Assembly: GCF_004010195.1 (NCBI RefSeq)
Contig: NC_057711.1
Location: 75,781,579-75,845,578, forward strand
Source of the DNA: Chiloscyllium plagiosum
Lineage: Eukaryota
Length of the DNA: 64,000 bases
Direction: 5' to 3'
Shown here: positions 40,201-52,545 of the stretch, piece by piece
Position numbering within the stretch: position 1 is the stretch's first letter
Layout of the letters: every line of letters begins with the position of its first letter
The notes under the pieces: model-generated
Seen by the model: the letters and a program-made list of their open reading frames with translations, nothing else
What the model was told of the DNA's origin: nothing
Databases searched by the model: none
Translations under genes and position numbers: made by a program

Positions 40201-41479
40201 AGACTGAGATCAACAGCTCTAGTTCTAGGTTTCCCAACCACATGAAAACAGCCGTTCAGTAACTTTCATTTCATACTATCTTGGAATCCTGCAATTTGAA
40301 TGAGGCTTCCTCTTATTCTTTGAAACTCTTGAAATCATTCTAGTGAACAGTTGTTGTCACCACAGTAAGATGAGTACATCCTTCCACAGACATAAATACA
40401 CAATCTGCATTCAAAGAAATCCAGTCCAAAACTGCAGTATCACCAAAGTTCTAAATAATTGAAAATGGACATCCTTGCTCTTATCCACTACTAACCCTCT
40501 TACAATTAAGGCCAACTTCCCATTTGCATTCCTAATTGCTTGCTATATCTAAATGTAAACCTTTCGTGCTTCTTTTACAAAGAAGCCCAAATTCGTCCAA
40601 ACATTGGCAGCTAATAGTTCCTCACCATTTAAAAAAAATTAATGACCTTACATTTTCCCACATTATACTCCATCTCTTGCCTCCATGTTCACCTACACCA
40701 TATATACAAGGTACATAATTTTCGACTGCTTATCCTTGTTTAGCAGCACAAGCAAACTTATAGGCATTGCACCCGATTCCTTCATCCAAGTGACAAAGAT
40801 TTTAAATTTCCAAGGCCAAATATTAATCAGTGCGGTAATCTGATAGCAACATTGTACCAACTTGAGAACAGTCAGCATTTTTTGTCCTTTAACCAATCAC
40901 ATCCATGAGCCTTTAATCTCATTGAATTTACTAAACATTCAGGTAGCAACAAAAGAATGTAAATGATTAAGGATCACTATAATGGCTGCTGATGTTTAAC
41001 TGCCCAACTCTTACACTGAACTACTTTAGAGATGCAGATATGAGGCATGACTACGGTTCACCCCTGTACTGGACAAAGAAATCTGAAATGTATTCCTTCT
41101 ATGCAACAACTATTCATGAGAATCTTAAAGGATTCATCCTTTTCCTATCCCCTCCCCAAAAAAGTGACAATATTGTGGGTCAAGTCAAAAATCTCCACAT
41201 CAGTGTTGTAGATAAAAATTGAAGACCAGTAGATTAATTTTCTACAAGATTTCAGTGCGTCAGGGGAGAAGGGAATAGCAGTAGGCCATGGCGAGATACC
41301 ATTGAAAACGGGGAACCATTTCCATGAATTCTTCGATATTTTGTTTCTTGCAATGACTCCAGCCCTTGGAGCCCCCTGGAAGTGACAGTACAAGGAGGAT
41401 TCATCTACAGGCAAATGAGATAGTCTGAATGGACATGCAGGTAACTATGAGGAGGCCGAGTAAATGTACATTGTGCTGT

Positions 41480-41965
41480 AGGCCCAGGTTTGTGTGTGTG
41501 TGTGTGGCGGGGGTGGAGTAGGGTTTGGTATCAGGCAGTTCTTCTGACCCTCACCCTCTCCGCCCCCCTCCCCCCCATACCCGCCCTGGAGACTGCTGCT
41601 GCTGCTGCTCTGTGTATCTGGGTGGCCGCCTGTTTATTTCCAATTTACCTATAATATCTAAAAGCATTAATGATTTTCCAGAAGTGTTCTTTCTCCAGGC
41701 GCTCCTCCTCCTCGTGTTTGTCTCCAGGACAGTGCGGGTTCCCCTCGTTCTCCATCTTATCTTGCCTCCGCTCTCCGTTCGGCGGCGCCGCCACAAGAGA
41801 ATCCCCCTCCTCACAACCGCGCCGAGAAGACGGCGCCTGAGCGAGCGGACACGCCGGCCACACCGAGCCGACTCCCGCCGCACAGCGACACCTGGCGGCC
41901 AGGAGGATGTACCGACAGAGCGCTCAACCAGACGCAAATTGACGCGATTTCGGGAAGAGTGATTT
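41480..41965 (-). promoter_or_regulatory. GC/CpG-rich island covering the CARNMT1 promoter, 5'UTR and exon 1
   Basis: Clearest CpG-dense non-repeat stretch in the window; overlaps the start exon; two GACGC motifs and TTCCCGAAA (minus) near 41931-41957 are possible factor sites. Confidence 0.75.
41649..41755 (-). CDS. CARNMT1: Carnosine N-methyltransferase 1, coding exon 1 (MENEGNPHCPGDKHEEEERLEKEHFWKIINAFRYY-R)
   Basis: EEEERLEKEHFWKIINAFRYY matches the CARNMT1 N-terminal conserved block; ATG in strong context (aagATGg) at 41755; AG|GTAA donor; 107 nt, phase 2. Confidence 0.93.
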
Positions 41966-43599
41966 TGAAAATAAACTCTATTGATCATACATAATATTAG
42001 ACATTATACTTATAATGAACCTCAGTGCTTATTATTCTTGTTTAATGCAATGAATTGTTCATTATTTGCACCCGAACTCTACTGAATTCAGTGAGGTGAA
42101 CAAAATGCCAAACTACTTCAGTTCTGAAGTAGGGTGAATACTCAAAATGTTGACTTCTCCACCTCCTGATGCTGCCTGGGTTGCTGTGTTCTACCAGCCT
42201 CCCGTTTGTCTACTTTGGATTCCAGTATCTGCGGTTGTTTTTGTCTCTGCAGAACAGGTATCTCAATAATGGCACTTAACACATTTAGAAGGTGCAACAT
42301 GACCAATCCCATGGATTCCTTGAAATGGAAAAAAATGTAAACTGAGGCAAGTTCTACAATACTATTGTACTTAAACTTCCAAAGGATTGTGATGAATTTT
42401 CACACAAAAATCACTGCTTAAACTTAAAGCTTTGAGGATTTAGGCTAAAACTTGTACATGAATATGAAATTGCTGAAAAGTAGAAACCATGGACAGTAAT
42501 TACAAGGGGTCAACGTAGAGATGAAGTACTGAGTTAGGTGTCCCACGATTCCATGTTGAGACCACGATTGTTCACAATTTTTACTCAAATTCAGATTGGT
42601 CAAATTTGCAAATGATAGCCATTTAATTGGGATAGTAAAGTTAAAGCATCCAGCCAAAATTCATAGTAACTAAACAAAATGTCAGATTAAATTTAATGCT
42701 GATATGCATAAGTTGTAGTAACAAATTACTGCAGATGATGGAATCTGTACTGAAAACAACAAATACTGGAGATCACAGCAGGTCAGGTAGCATCCATGGA
42801 GAGAGAGCAAGCTGCAAAAGTTGTAGTCTGTTGTTTCTCTTATCAAAGGCTCACCCTACCTGTCTCTTTCCAGGTTGTTACTTAGTTTTCTTTCATTTTT
42901 TTCTAAGTTTGATACTTTGTCCACAGACATCACCTCCGAACCTAAACCATTTATGATTCCTTCTTCATACTACACTTGTAGCTTCCAAAGTTGATTCTTT
43001 CTTGGATAGACAATAGCTTAGTTCTGTATTTTCCTAAGAATTCATGAGGACAAAAAAATGCAACTTGTTTATGAAGTTAAAAATCACACAACACCAAGCT
43101 ATAGTCCAACAGGTTTATTTGGAACTACGAGCTTTTGGAGCATTGCTCTTCATCAGGTAACTGGAGCAGGATCACAAGACAGAATTTATAGCAAAAGATC
43201 AGTTTCATGCAACTGAAATGATATATTGCACAAACCTAGATTGCTGTTAAGTCTTTGATCTTTTAGAATGGGTGGCAGGTTTCGGTTCATTAATATGTAA
43301 ATCCCACAACTTCTTTTAAGCCGCATTCTTGGTATAACTGAAGGTTTTATAAAAAAGGTGACACCTAAGTTCAGACAATGCATTAAAGGTGTGAGGTTAG
43401 GATCTGTCTGTATCCTAATCTTGAGTCAGACTGGTTCTATTTCCAAAGTAGGAATTTATAAAATGTTACATGGATTGACTGCCTGCATTGACTGCCTGCA
43501 GATTGTGTGCTTTTTGAGCAAAATGGAATGTATCTGCAAATCCAATTCTGCAAATGCAAATTCACCCCATAGAATTATATGTTTATGTGTTCGTACGTG

Positions 43600-43780
43600 C
43601 TTTGTAGAATGTGTGCATGAGTGTGACGGAGTATAAGCCTGTGAGATGGTGTGTGCATGGGTGTGAGTGTGAGAAATGTATGTGTGTGTGTCTGAGAGAG
43701 AGCGTGTGTATGAGAGGGAGTCTGTGTGTATGAGTATGTAAGAGCGTGTGTGTGTGAGAGAGAGAGAGAGAGACAGAGTG
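43600..43780. repeat. (GT)n/(GA)n low-complexity tract within the PLE 3' UTR
   Basis: Imperfect TG and AG dinucleotide runs. Confidence 0.8.
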
Positions 43781-43926
43781 TATAATGTAGTGAGGTCACC
43801 TGTAGTATGACATCAGTCCAAGGTCCTGGTTGAGGACATCCTCATGGGTACCAAACTTGGCTATCAGCCTCTGCTCGGTGACTCTACGTTGTTGCGTATC
43901 CTGAAGTCTGCCTTGGAGGATGGTCA

Positions 43927-44909
43927 GAGCTGAAAAATGTGTTGCTGGAAAAGCACAGCAGGTCAGGCAGCATCCAAGGAGCAGAAGGATCGACATTTCA
44001 GGCATAAGCCCTTCTTCAGGAATGAGGAGGGTGTGCCAAGCAGGCTAAGATAAAAGGTAGGGAGGAGGAACTTGGGGGAGGGGCGTTGGGTAAGGTGAGG
44101 GTGATAGGCCGGAGAGGGGGTGGGGGCGGAGAGGTCGGGAAGAAGATTGCAGGTCAAGAAGGCGGTGCTGAGTCCGAGGGTTTGGACTGAGATAAGGTGG
44201 GGGGAGGGGAAATCAGAAAGCTGGAGAAATCTGCATTCATCCCTTGTAGTTGGAGGGTTCCTAGGTGGAAGAAGGCATCGTGTTGCCATGGTCTGTCGAT
44301 GGAGGAGGCCAAGGACCTGCATGTCCTTGGCGGAGTGGGAGGGGGAGTTAAAGTGTTCAGCCACGGGTCGGTTGGGTTGGTCGGTGCGGGTGTCCCAGAG
44401 GTGTTCTCTGAAACGTTCCACAAGTAGGCGGCCTGTCTCCCCAATGTAGAGGAGGCCACATCCCACATCGGGTGCAGCGGATGCAGTAAATGATGTGTGT
44501 GGAGGTGCAGGTGAATTTGTGACGGATATGGAAGGATCCCTTTGGGCCTTGGAGGGAAGTGAGGGGGGAAGTGTGGGCCCAAGTTTTGCATTTCTTGCGA
44601 TTGCAGGGGAAGGTGCCAGGAGTGGAGGTTGGGTTGGTGGGGGGTGTGGACCTGACGAGGGAGTCGCAGAGGGAGTGGTCTTTCCGGAATGCTGATAGGG
44701 GAGGGGAGGGAAATATATCCTTGTTGGTGGGGTCTGTTTGGAGGTGGCGGAAATGACGAAGGATGATGCGATGTATCTGGAGGTTGGTGGGGTGGTAGGT
44801 GAGGACCAATGGGGTTCTGTCCTAGTGGCGATTGGAGGGGTGGGGTTCAAGGGCAGAGGAGCGGAAAGTGGAGGAGATGCGGTGGAGAGTATCGTCAACC
44901 ACGTCTGAG
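43927..44909 (-). mobile_element. Penelope-like element family 3 nested in the outer PLE
   Basis: VLTYHPTN, PGTFPCNRKKCKT, IIYCIRCTRCG-LLYIGETGR..ERFREHL GIY-YIG; hammerhead at 43992-44019; GGTCA at both junctions. Confidence 0.92.
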
Positions 44910-45415
44910 GGTCACCCAAAGATCCGAGGCTGAATGTCCCTGACCACTGAAATATTCTCTGACTGGAAGGGAACATCCCTGGCTGGTAATTGTATGGTGT
45001 CCATTTATTCATTTCATAGCATCTGCTTGGTCTCGCCAATGTACCATGCCTCGGGACATTCTTGCCTGCAGCATATGAGCTAGACAACCTTGGTCGAGTC
45101 AAATGAGTACCTGCCGCGTATGTGGTGGGTGGTGTTCCCACGTGTCATGGTGTTATCCATGTTGACACTCTGACATATCTTGCAGTGATTGCCATGGTAT
45201 TGTGGTTGATGTTGTCCTGAAGGTTGGACAGTTTGCTGTGAACAATGGTCTGTTTAAGGTTTGGTGGCTGTTTAAAGGCGAGAAGTAGAAGGTCTTGGCA
45301 AGGTGCTCCTCATCATCGGTTATGCATTGCGGGCTGCAAAGAACGTGGCTCCCGAGAATTACTGGACAACAAAGAATACCCAATTGGTTGCATCCTGTGT
45401 CTGTCTCCTGAGGAG

Positions 45416-45617
45416 AAAGTGAGGACTGCAGATGCTGGAGATCAGAGCTGAAAATGTGTTGCTGGAAAAGCGCAGCAGGTCAGGCAGCATCCAAGGAACA
45501 GGAGAATCGACGTTTCGGGCATAAGCCCTTCTTCAGGACGTATGCCCGAAACATAGATTTTCCTGTTCCTTGGATGCTGCCTGACCTGCTGCGCTTTTCC
45601 AGCAACACATTTTCAGC
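45416..45617. mobile_element. Palindromic hammerhead-bearing non-coding insertion with 16-bp TSD
   Basis: TCTGTCTCCTGAGGAG (45400-45415) / TCTGTCTCCCGAGGAG (45618-45633); inverted arms; minus-strand CTGAAGA-A-GGGC(TTAT)GCCC-GAAACGTC at 45509-45536. Confidence 0.9.
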
Positions 45618-45954
45618 TCTGTCTCCCGAGGAGGTCATTATGGTTTCTTGCTGTGGCATGTTGGAACTGACGATCGATGAGTTGAACATCGTATCGCGTT
45701 CCTCCCCATCTGAACAGATCCTGAGTATGCGTGGAGCCTGTTTGTAGGGGTTGGCTGTTTTAATATGTTTATGGTGGAAGCTAGAGAAGTTCAGCATTGG
45801 ACCTACAACACAACTTACATATAGGCAGCAACCCCAACTGATCTGTTATGGTCTTTTCCTACCCATGTGCTATGTTGTAGCCACACTCCACCGGATCAGT
45901 TGTGTGTTTTCAATGTAGTTCTGAGTTGAGCTTTAATAATGGTGGACAGACATT

Positions 45955-46665
45955 ACAAAGAATCATATAATTTACAGTACAGAAGGAGGCCATTAAACTC
46001 ACCTTGTCTATACCAGCTCCCAAAAGAGCTACCCAGATAATTCTGTTCCCCTGCTTTATTTCCATAGTTCTCTAAATTATTATTTTGAAATAGCTGTCTT
46101 TAGAAACCTCCTATGAAATCCACCTCCACCACTCTCACAGGCAGTGCATTCCAAATACTAACAACTCTCTCAGTAGTTCCTCCTCATTTTAATCCTAATT
46201 CTCTGCCGACAATCTTGAAATTGTGACCACAAGTTATGGATGCACCATGTATTGTAAACAGAATATCCTTCTTTTCCCTGACAAATTTGTTCATCATTTT
46301 GAACACCTCAATAAGTTCACCTTTTAATCTACCCCAAGGAGAATAAGCCCATTTTCTCTAATCTTTTCTCATGTCTAAAATCCCTCATTCCTGCTATCAT
46401 TCTACTAAATCTCCTTTTCACTATCTCCAAGACTTGAACATTTTTCCATAAATAAGGTACCTAATACTCCAAATGTGGTCTGACCAGAGATTTTAGGAGT
46501 TGCAGTATCAGTTCCTTGTTTTTATACTCTTTGTCTCTAATTATAAACCCAAGGATCCGATAATCCCTCTTAATAACTGTTTCAATTTGCTTGGTCACCT
46601 TCAGAGAATCATGCACATAAACCCTTAGGTCCCTTTGCTCCTGTACTCCCCTCAACGTTGTCCCA
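45955..46665 (-). mobile_element. Older CR1 LINE 3' fragment
   Basis: QRDLRVYVHDSLKV...LVRPHLEY on minus. Confidence 0.8.
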
Positions 46666-47649
46666 CTTAGCCTCTGTCAACATCAACATTTCCATTTTCT
46701 CACAAGAAAAACCAACCAATTATCTATGAAAGGTCTGAATTCTAAATATAGATAGAGCATTGTCAGGAAAACCATAATAAAACTTAGAAAGTAAAAGAAC
46801 AAGATTGATTAGGAACTCATTCTAATGTACTGCAATCTGTCTTCACTGGGTGGTATTTGATCTCTATGCTGCCCATTGGAAACTGAACAACAGAGTGCTA
46901 TCCAGTTCAAGTAAAACACAACAGTTCATTAATCATCTGTTCCAAACATGTTGATTGCAATGTGGACCCTTCCCTGTGCAAGTCTGGATTCTAAAGTTGA
47001 TTGAATTGCAAGGTCAGGACATGGTCCAGTCAAAGCAGAGGATTTCATCTCTGCCCTAGTCTTGTTTGTACAGCTTTGATATGACTGGACCAGATAAATT
47101 ACTTGTCAATGGTAACTCCAATGTATTGATGGTTGGAAATTTGATGATGATAATGCTGTCAAATATCAATGAGAAGCAGTAGATCCTCCTGCAACCTAAG
47201 TCTATCATGCACTGCATTTAAAACCAAATTATTTTCCAATAGTAAAGTGCAATATTGCACATTTTATTCCTGATCAGAAATAAATTAACTGTATCAAACT
47301 TAAAATATTACAATTATAAGTTCCAATACATAGCATCTCTGAATGGGTTTTGAGATTAGGCTATCTTCGTAAACCTGTTTCGAGATTTTATGACACATCT
47401 CTGAAACAGGTGGGACTGAATCCAGACCTTCCAGGCCCACTATCGCTGTGCCACAAGAATTCCCTTTGGCTACCTTCATATCCACAGCATAATTGAAAAA
47501 GACTCTGGAGTTTAAAGGATGGTTTAAAGCTGTTCACTGAATATCAACTGTTGCATACTTTCTAATGACAACAAAGACTCCTTAGATTTTCTGTCCATCA
47601 ATTATAAATGAGCAGTTAGCTAGCCCATATGAATTTGCTCTTTTCAACC

Positions 47650-47952
47650 AGTGGTTAACACCATTGCCTCACAGTGCTAGGGACCTGGACTTGATTCCAT
47701 CCTCGGGTGACTCTGTGTGTGGAGTTTGCACCTTAGCTCTGTATCTGTGTGGGTTTCCTCCGGGTGCTCCAGTTACCTCCCACCATCCAAAGATGTGCAG
47801 GTTAGGTGGATTGGCCATCCTAAATTGCCAATAGTGTCCAGGGATATGTAGGTTGGGTGGATTTCCCATTGGATTGAGTGGGATGTTCTTCAGAGGGTCA
47901 TTGTGAACTTGATGGGCGGAAGCACATGCTTCTGCATTGTAGGGCTTCTATG
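47650..47952 (+). mobile_element. HE1/V-SINE-like SINE
   Basis: tRNA-derived head, V domain, tail. Confidence 0.8.
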
Positions 47953-49559
47953 CTTGCTTCATTTTAGGCGATGGTACATTATAATTAAAAATAAATATTT
48001 TGAATTCTATCAAGCCTTGTCTGTCCAACCCCCTCTGAGGTCACTGACCTACATTGGTACCTGGTTGAGCAATGCCTCAATTTTTAAAATTCTCAAAATG
48101 TTTTCAAATTCCTTCATGGCTTCATTATTTTTATCTCTGTTGCTTCATTCAGCCTACAATGCTCCAAAAACTCTGTGTTTCTCCAGTTGTGTCTTTAAGC
48201 ATTTTCAATTTTAATCACTGATCCACTGGTAGCCATGGTCTAAATACTAAGTTCTTACATAAACTTCACGATCTATCTTTGTTCCTTTCAGGTATTCCTT
48301 AAAACCTATGCCTTTTGATTTTGGTCAACGTTGTTTATCACCTCATCATAGAAGGCAGTCATCTAACCAATCAAGATTGCATCAGCTCTCTCCAGGGGCA
48401 ATTTAGATTGTTCCACTCCACTGCCCTTTCCCCTTAATACTACAACTTTTTTATATGTCATCATATTTGAAGAGGTTCATCATCAACATTACCAGTTCAC
48501 ACACCTTTGAAATGCCTACGGCTAATCACTATTCACATGCATGTAGTTGTTGAATGCAATTCAACAACTGTATATGTACTGATGCTTATTCCAGGCAGTT
48601 TGTTAATGGAAGTGAAAAGAATGTACAGCAACTCCAGAATCAGCACTCCAATATAGTACAAAGAGGGTGCTGCATTGTTGGATGCAGTCTTTTAAAGGAA
48701 TGCTAAGCTAAATCTAAAAATGCATTGTCACATACATGCAGGTGATCAGAGAATGAAATTTCCAATTTGAGTTACAATAAGAATAGAAAGAAATTACTTA
48801 AATAAGACTTCACATTCAGTTCAAACTGGAGTATCAAACACAGCTTCAGAGCTTCTTCAAGGTCTCTGCAAGGTGTTCTGATCCTCAAGAAGTCCCACTC
48901 CATAAACAGCAATGACAACGCCAATATCTCAGGAGACCTCGGCTCTGCTGCCACTGCTGTCTCACCAACACTGCAAGGAGTCCAGTGTCTGGGCCCACCG
49001 CTGCAAGTCCAGATCCATGGCGCCAACACTGCAGCTACCGCCTTTCCAACACTACACCATCCTTGAAGATGAAGAAGAAAGGAACAAAAAAAAAGACAAG
49101 TACATAGAGAAAATGATGCTGCTTGCCTGGAACATATAGACTCTGATCAGCCTAAACACTACCTATTGTGCTGGCATCATCTTGAAAAAAGCAAATTGGC
49201 TCAGATTTGCAGCTGGAAGGAAGTCAACCAAGAACAGTAGCTGCTGTTGGGCTACATTAAGTCCTTCTTGATGACCATCAATGGAGGAGAAAGTGAGGTC
49301 TGCAGATGCTGGAGATCAAAGTTGAAACTTTATTGCTGGAACAGCACAGCAGGTCAGGCAGCATCCAGGGAACAGGAGATTCGACGTTTCGGGCACAGGC
49401 CGAAATGATGGTTTCTTTCATCCGCGTGTAGGGCTATGAGACCCCCTCTCCCTCATAGCCCCAAAGTTGAAACTTTATTGCTGGAACAGCACAGCAGGTC
49501 AGGCAGCATCCAGGGAACAGGAGATTCGACGTTTCGGGCACAGGCATGTAGGGCTATGA

Positions 49560-49960
49560 GACCCCCTCTCCCTCATAGCCCTACACACGGATGAAAAAAA
49601 CCCAAAAAAAAACCACCATTTGACAGGGACAACACATCTATCCTGGGACAGGTTAATCAAAGACATGCCAGAGAATTCCTAGAGGCCTGCCACTCCAACC
49701 ACAATGCCATAAACAAGCACATAGATCTAGATGCCATCTATCAACCCCTCAGAAAAGGAACAGGAAATGACATCACCACAAACCCCAGGAACCCCATCCA
49801 AGAGAAAGATATAAATAGAAAGCAGGAGACAACAGCTTCGCTTCACCTGGAGGCCGCCACTGATGATGTTACCTAGGCCAGGTAATGAAACGTCTGGATA
49901 TCAAACCTACAGCTCAGCGAGCAAACCTACACCCTAAACCTCAACCTGAGCTACAAACCT
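49560..49960 (+). mobile_element. Poseidon-like PLE 3' fragment
   Basis: RHAREFLEA.HS...INKHIDLDAIYQPL C-terminus, homologous to 2950-3120 (minus). Confidence 0.85.
49857..49897 (+). ncRNA. Minimal hammerhead ribozyme, intact core
   Basis: cca-CTGATGA-T-GTTACCT(AGGCC)AGGTAAT-GAAAC-GTC-tgg: 7-bp stem II, 3-bp stem I, GUC triplet. Confidence 0.8.
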
Positions 49961-50574
49961 TGCGACAAACTGAGTGTAAAATGTTGTCTTCTTAACAAAC
50001 AAGATAATTGTTTTTATGTCCTATTGCAGTTATAGCAATTTTTTGCTATCAAGTTAAACATAGTCATTAATTTAGCAATAATAATTTTTTCAAGGTATTA
50101 CAAAAATCTGACAATATGCTTGTGCACGCTAGGTGGCGTAGCCATTGTAAATGCAAGATTACGGCAATTGGGTAAGGGTCTGGATCTGGGTGGGATGCTC
50201 TTCAGAGGGTCAGTGAACACTCAATGGGCCGTACGGCCTTTTTCTGTAATGTGGGGATTCTATGATTGTGATTACTGAATAATAATTGCAAGGTAGCCAT
50301 TTCAAGAGCCTCATTTATAAAACTAAATCCAAAAACGTTATGCTGGAAATAGGATGGTGTCAATGTTTAAATATATAATTGGGACTGGGCCAAAGGTGAT
50401 ATGTGGTTTAAATAATTCATCGCAAATTGCAAAAGACATGGATAAGGACTGAGCTGTGGTATCTAGGTTAGGAAAGAATAAGCAATATTGTAATAAAATA
50501 TTAGACTGGAGTCTAGAAGAAAGCATAAGAAGGTAAGCATAAGATAACATCATCAGTGAGCATATGGTGAAGCA

Positions 50575-50972
50575 CTAGTGTTACATCCTGCTTTCTCGCC
50601 AGGCATCTAGGAATTCCTGTGCGTGTCTCTGTTTACCCTATTCTAGGATGGATGTGTGGTCCCAGGCAAAGTGGCCTTCTTCTTCATCTGTACGTAAAGA
50701 TACTAGTGTCAGTGGGTCCCGTCTTTTGGTGGATAGTTGGTACATTTAAACAGGAACTCCATCAATAAATACATCGATTTGGACCCCATTTACCAACCTC
50801 TGAGGAAGAGAACCAGAAATGATATCACCCACCTTCAGAGACCAAGACACATAAATAGAAAGTGGGACATAACACCAGCACTTCACCGGAGGTTCACTGA
50901 TGATGCTACCTTGCATGGTGACAAAGCGTCTGAAAACAAACCTTCCAGCTCAGGGAGCAAACTTACAACCTG
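50575..50972 (+). mobile_element. Poseidon-like PLE 3' fragment with inverted 5' part; decayed hammerhead at 50897-50930
   Basis: + strand NSINKYIDLDPIYQPL; 50600-50740 encodes the upstream peptide TKRRDPL...RHAQEFLDAW on minus. Confidence 0.8.
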
Positions 50973-51294
50973 AGGCCAATGACATGTGTAATGGACAAAT
51001 AAAAATAAATAAATAAAAAGTTTGACTGAAAATTCTTGAATGTTGCTGCATTGTGAGAAAATAAAAAGATGAAAGATGGTGTCAAATTTTAATGTGTAAC
51101 ATGAGAAAAATGAGAAGCTGGACTGGGAAGTCAATACTTAGGCTGGAGAAGAAAAATTGGAGTTGACAAAAATGCCTCACGAGAACAGAAGTAATTCTGA
51201 ATGGCTAGTTTCTATTAAAATAATAACATCCGCTACATTTATTCCAAGGATGCAGGAATTTGACTGTGGTTGCAGTAAAGCTATGGCACTATAA

Positions 51295-51790
51295 TTCAGA
51301 TGTGAAGGTGCCGGTGTTAGACCGGAGTGATAAAGTCAGAAGTCACATGACATCAGGTTATCGTGCAATGCGTTTATTAGAAATTAGAAGCTTTCAGAAT
51401 GTTGCTCCTTCGTCAGGTGGAGTGGAGGGAAGCAAACAGGTGCAGAATAATCATTTGAGAGATCACTGCAAGATAATACCAGGTAACTAAGAGTGTCAAA
51501 AGATAGTACAAATGGTGTGTGAAGTGTCAACAGCTGAATAGCAAGGGATGACCTTTGATCCGATTAATTACAGCTGAGAGATAATTACAAAAAATCAAAA
51601 GTAAAATGGTGCTGGAGACAAAACAAATGGCTGGAATAACATGATAGGTATAAGAATTGCATGATGAAGGTCGAACCAAAGTAACAATTAATCCAAAACT
51701 GTACAAACTAATCAAGGTTGAGAGATCATAAGTTATCAAGATGATGGTGTTACAATAGAACAGTAAGGAAGATTTTACAAACACAGAACA
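51295..51790 (-). mobile_element. PLE family-2-like 3' terminal region with hammerhead remnant (51388-51416)
   Basis: Minus strand CTGACGA-AGGAGCAACATTCT-GAAAGCTT...AATAAA...CTGATGTC...CTAACACCGGCACC. Confidence 0.65.
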
Positions 51791-51809
51791 TTGTTATAAT
51801 TAAGGGACG

Positions 51810-52545
51810 ATAAGATCATAGAAACAGAAATTCGCAGCCCATCAAGTCTGCTCGGTCATTCAATCATGGCTGATAAGCCTTTTCATCCCATTTTCTTGCT
51901 TTCTCTCTGTAATCTTTGATCCCCTTGTCAATCAAGAAATTATCTACCTCTGTTTTAAATATATTCAATGACCTGGCCTCTACAGCTTTCTGTGGCAATG
52001 AATCCCACAGATTCATGACTCTGGCTGAAGAAGTTTCTCCTTGTTTCCGTCCTAAAAGGTCTTTCTTTTACTCTCAGGCTGTGCCCTCGGGTCCTCGTCT
52101 CTCCTGCCAATGGAGACATCTACCCAACGTCCACTCTGTCCAGGCCATTCAGTATTCTGTAAGGTTCGATCAGATGCCCCCTCATACTTCTAAACTCCAT
52201 CAAGTATAGTCCCAGAGTCCTCATAAGTTCTTCATATGTTAAAGCCTTTCATTCTTGGCATCATCCTCATGAAACTCCGTTGGAACCCCTCCAGGGCCAA
52301 TACATCCTTCCTGAGGTATGGGGCCCAAAATTGCTCACGATACTCTCAGTGTAGTCTGACCAGAGTGTTATGAAGCCTTAGAAGTACATTCTTGCTTTTA
52401 TATTCTAGTCCTCTTGAGATGAACGACAACATTGTATTTGTCTTCCTAATTACTGACTTAGCCTGCAAGTTTACCTTATGAGAACCCTGGACTAGGACTC
52501 CCAGATACCTTTGCACTTCAGATTTCTGAATTGTCTCCCCCTTAA
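51810..52545 (-). mobile_element. CR1 LINE 3' fragment
   Basis: VQRYLGVLVQGS...LSFISRGLEYKS on minus. Confidence 0.85.

Larger units (their letters stand above)
43075..45800 (-). mobile_element. Penelope-like element family 2 (outer), interrupted by two insertions
   Basis: FSSFHHKHIK.A.PY.QA.RI.RICSD (RT thumb); CRQECPEAWYIGET (GIY-YIG); EQRLIAKFGTHEDVLNQD; hammerhead remnant at 43126-43159. Confidence 0.88.

Noticed and set aside
41525..41988. Overlapping 145-aa ORFs on both strands at the CpG island
   Set aside because: Stop-poor GC-rich sequence over CARNMT1 exon 1; Arg/Pro-rich with no recognisable motif
43963..45141. Longest ORF in the window (392 aa) as a novel gene
   Set aside because: Spans the junction of two nested Penelope elements; only a short part is in the true GIY-YIG frame, and the rest is C-rich off-frame sequence
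49317..49581. Repeat-spacer-repeat pattern resembling a CRISPR array
   Set aside because: Only two long units, both derived from Penelope sequence, in eukaryotic DNA with no cas genes
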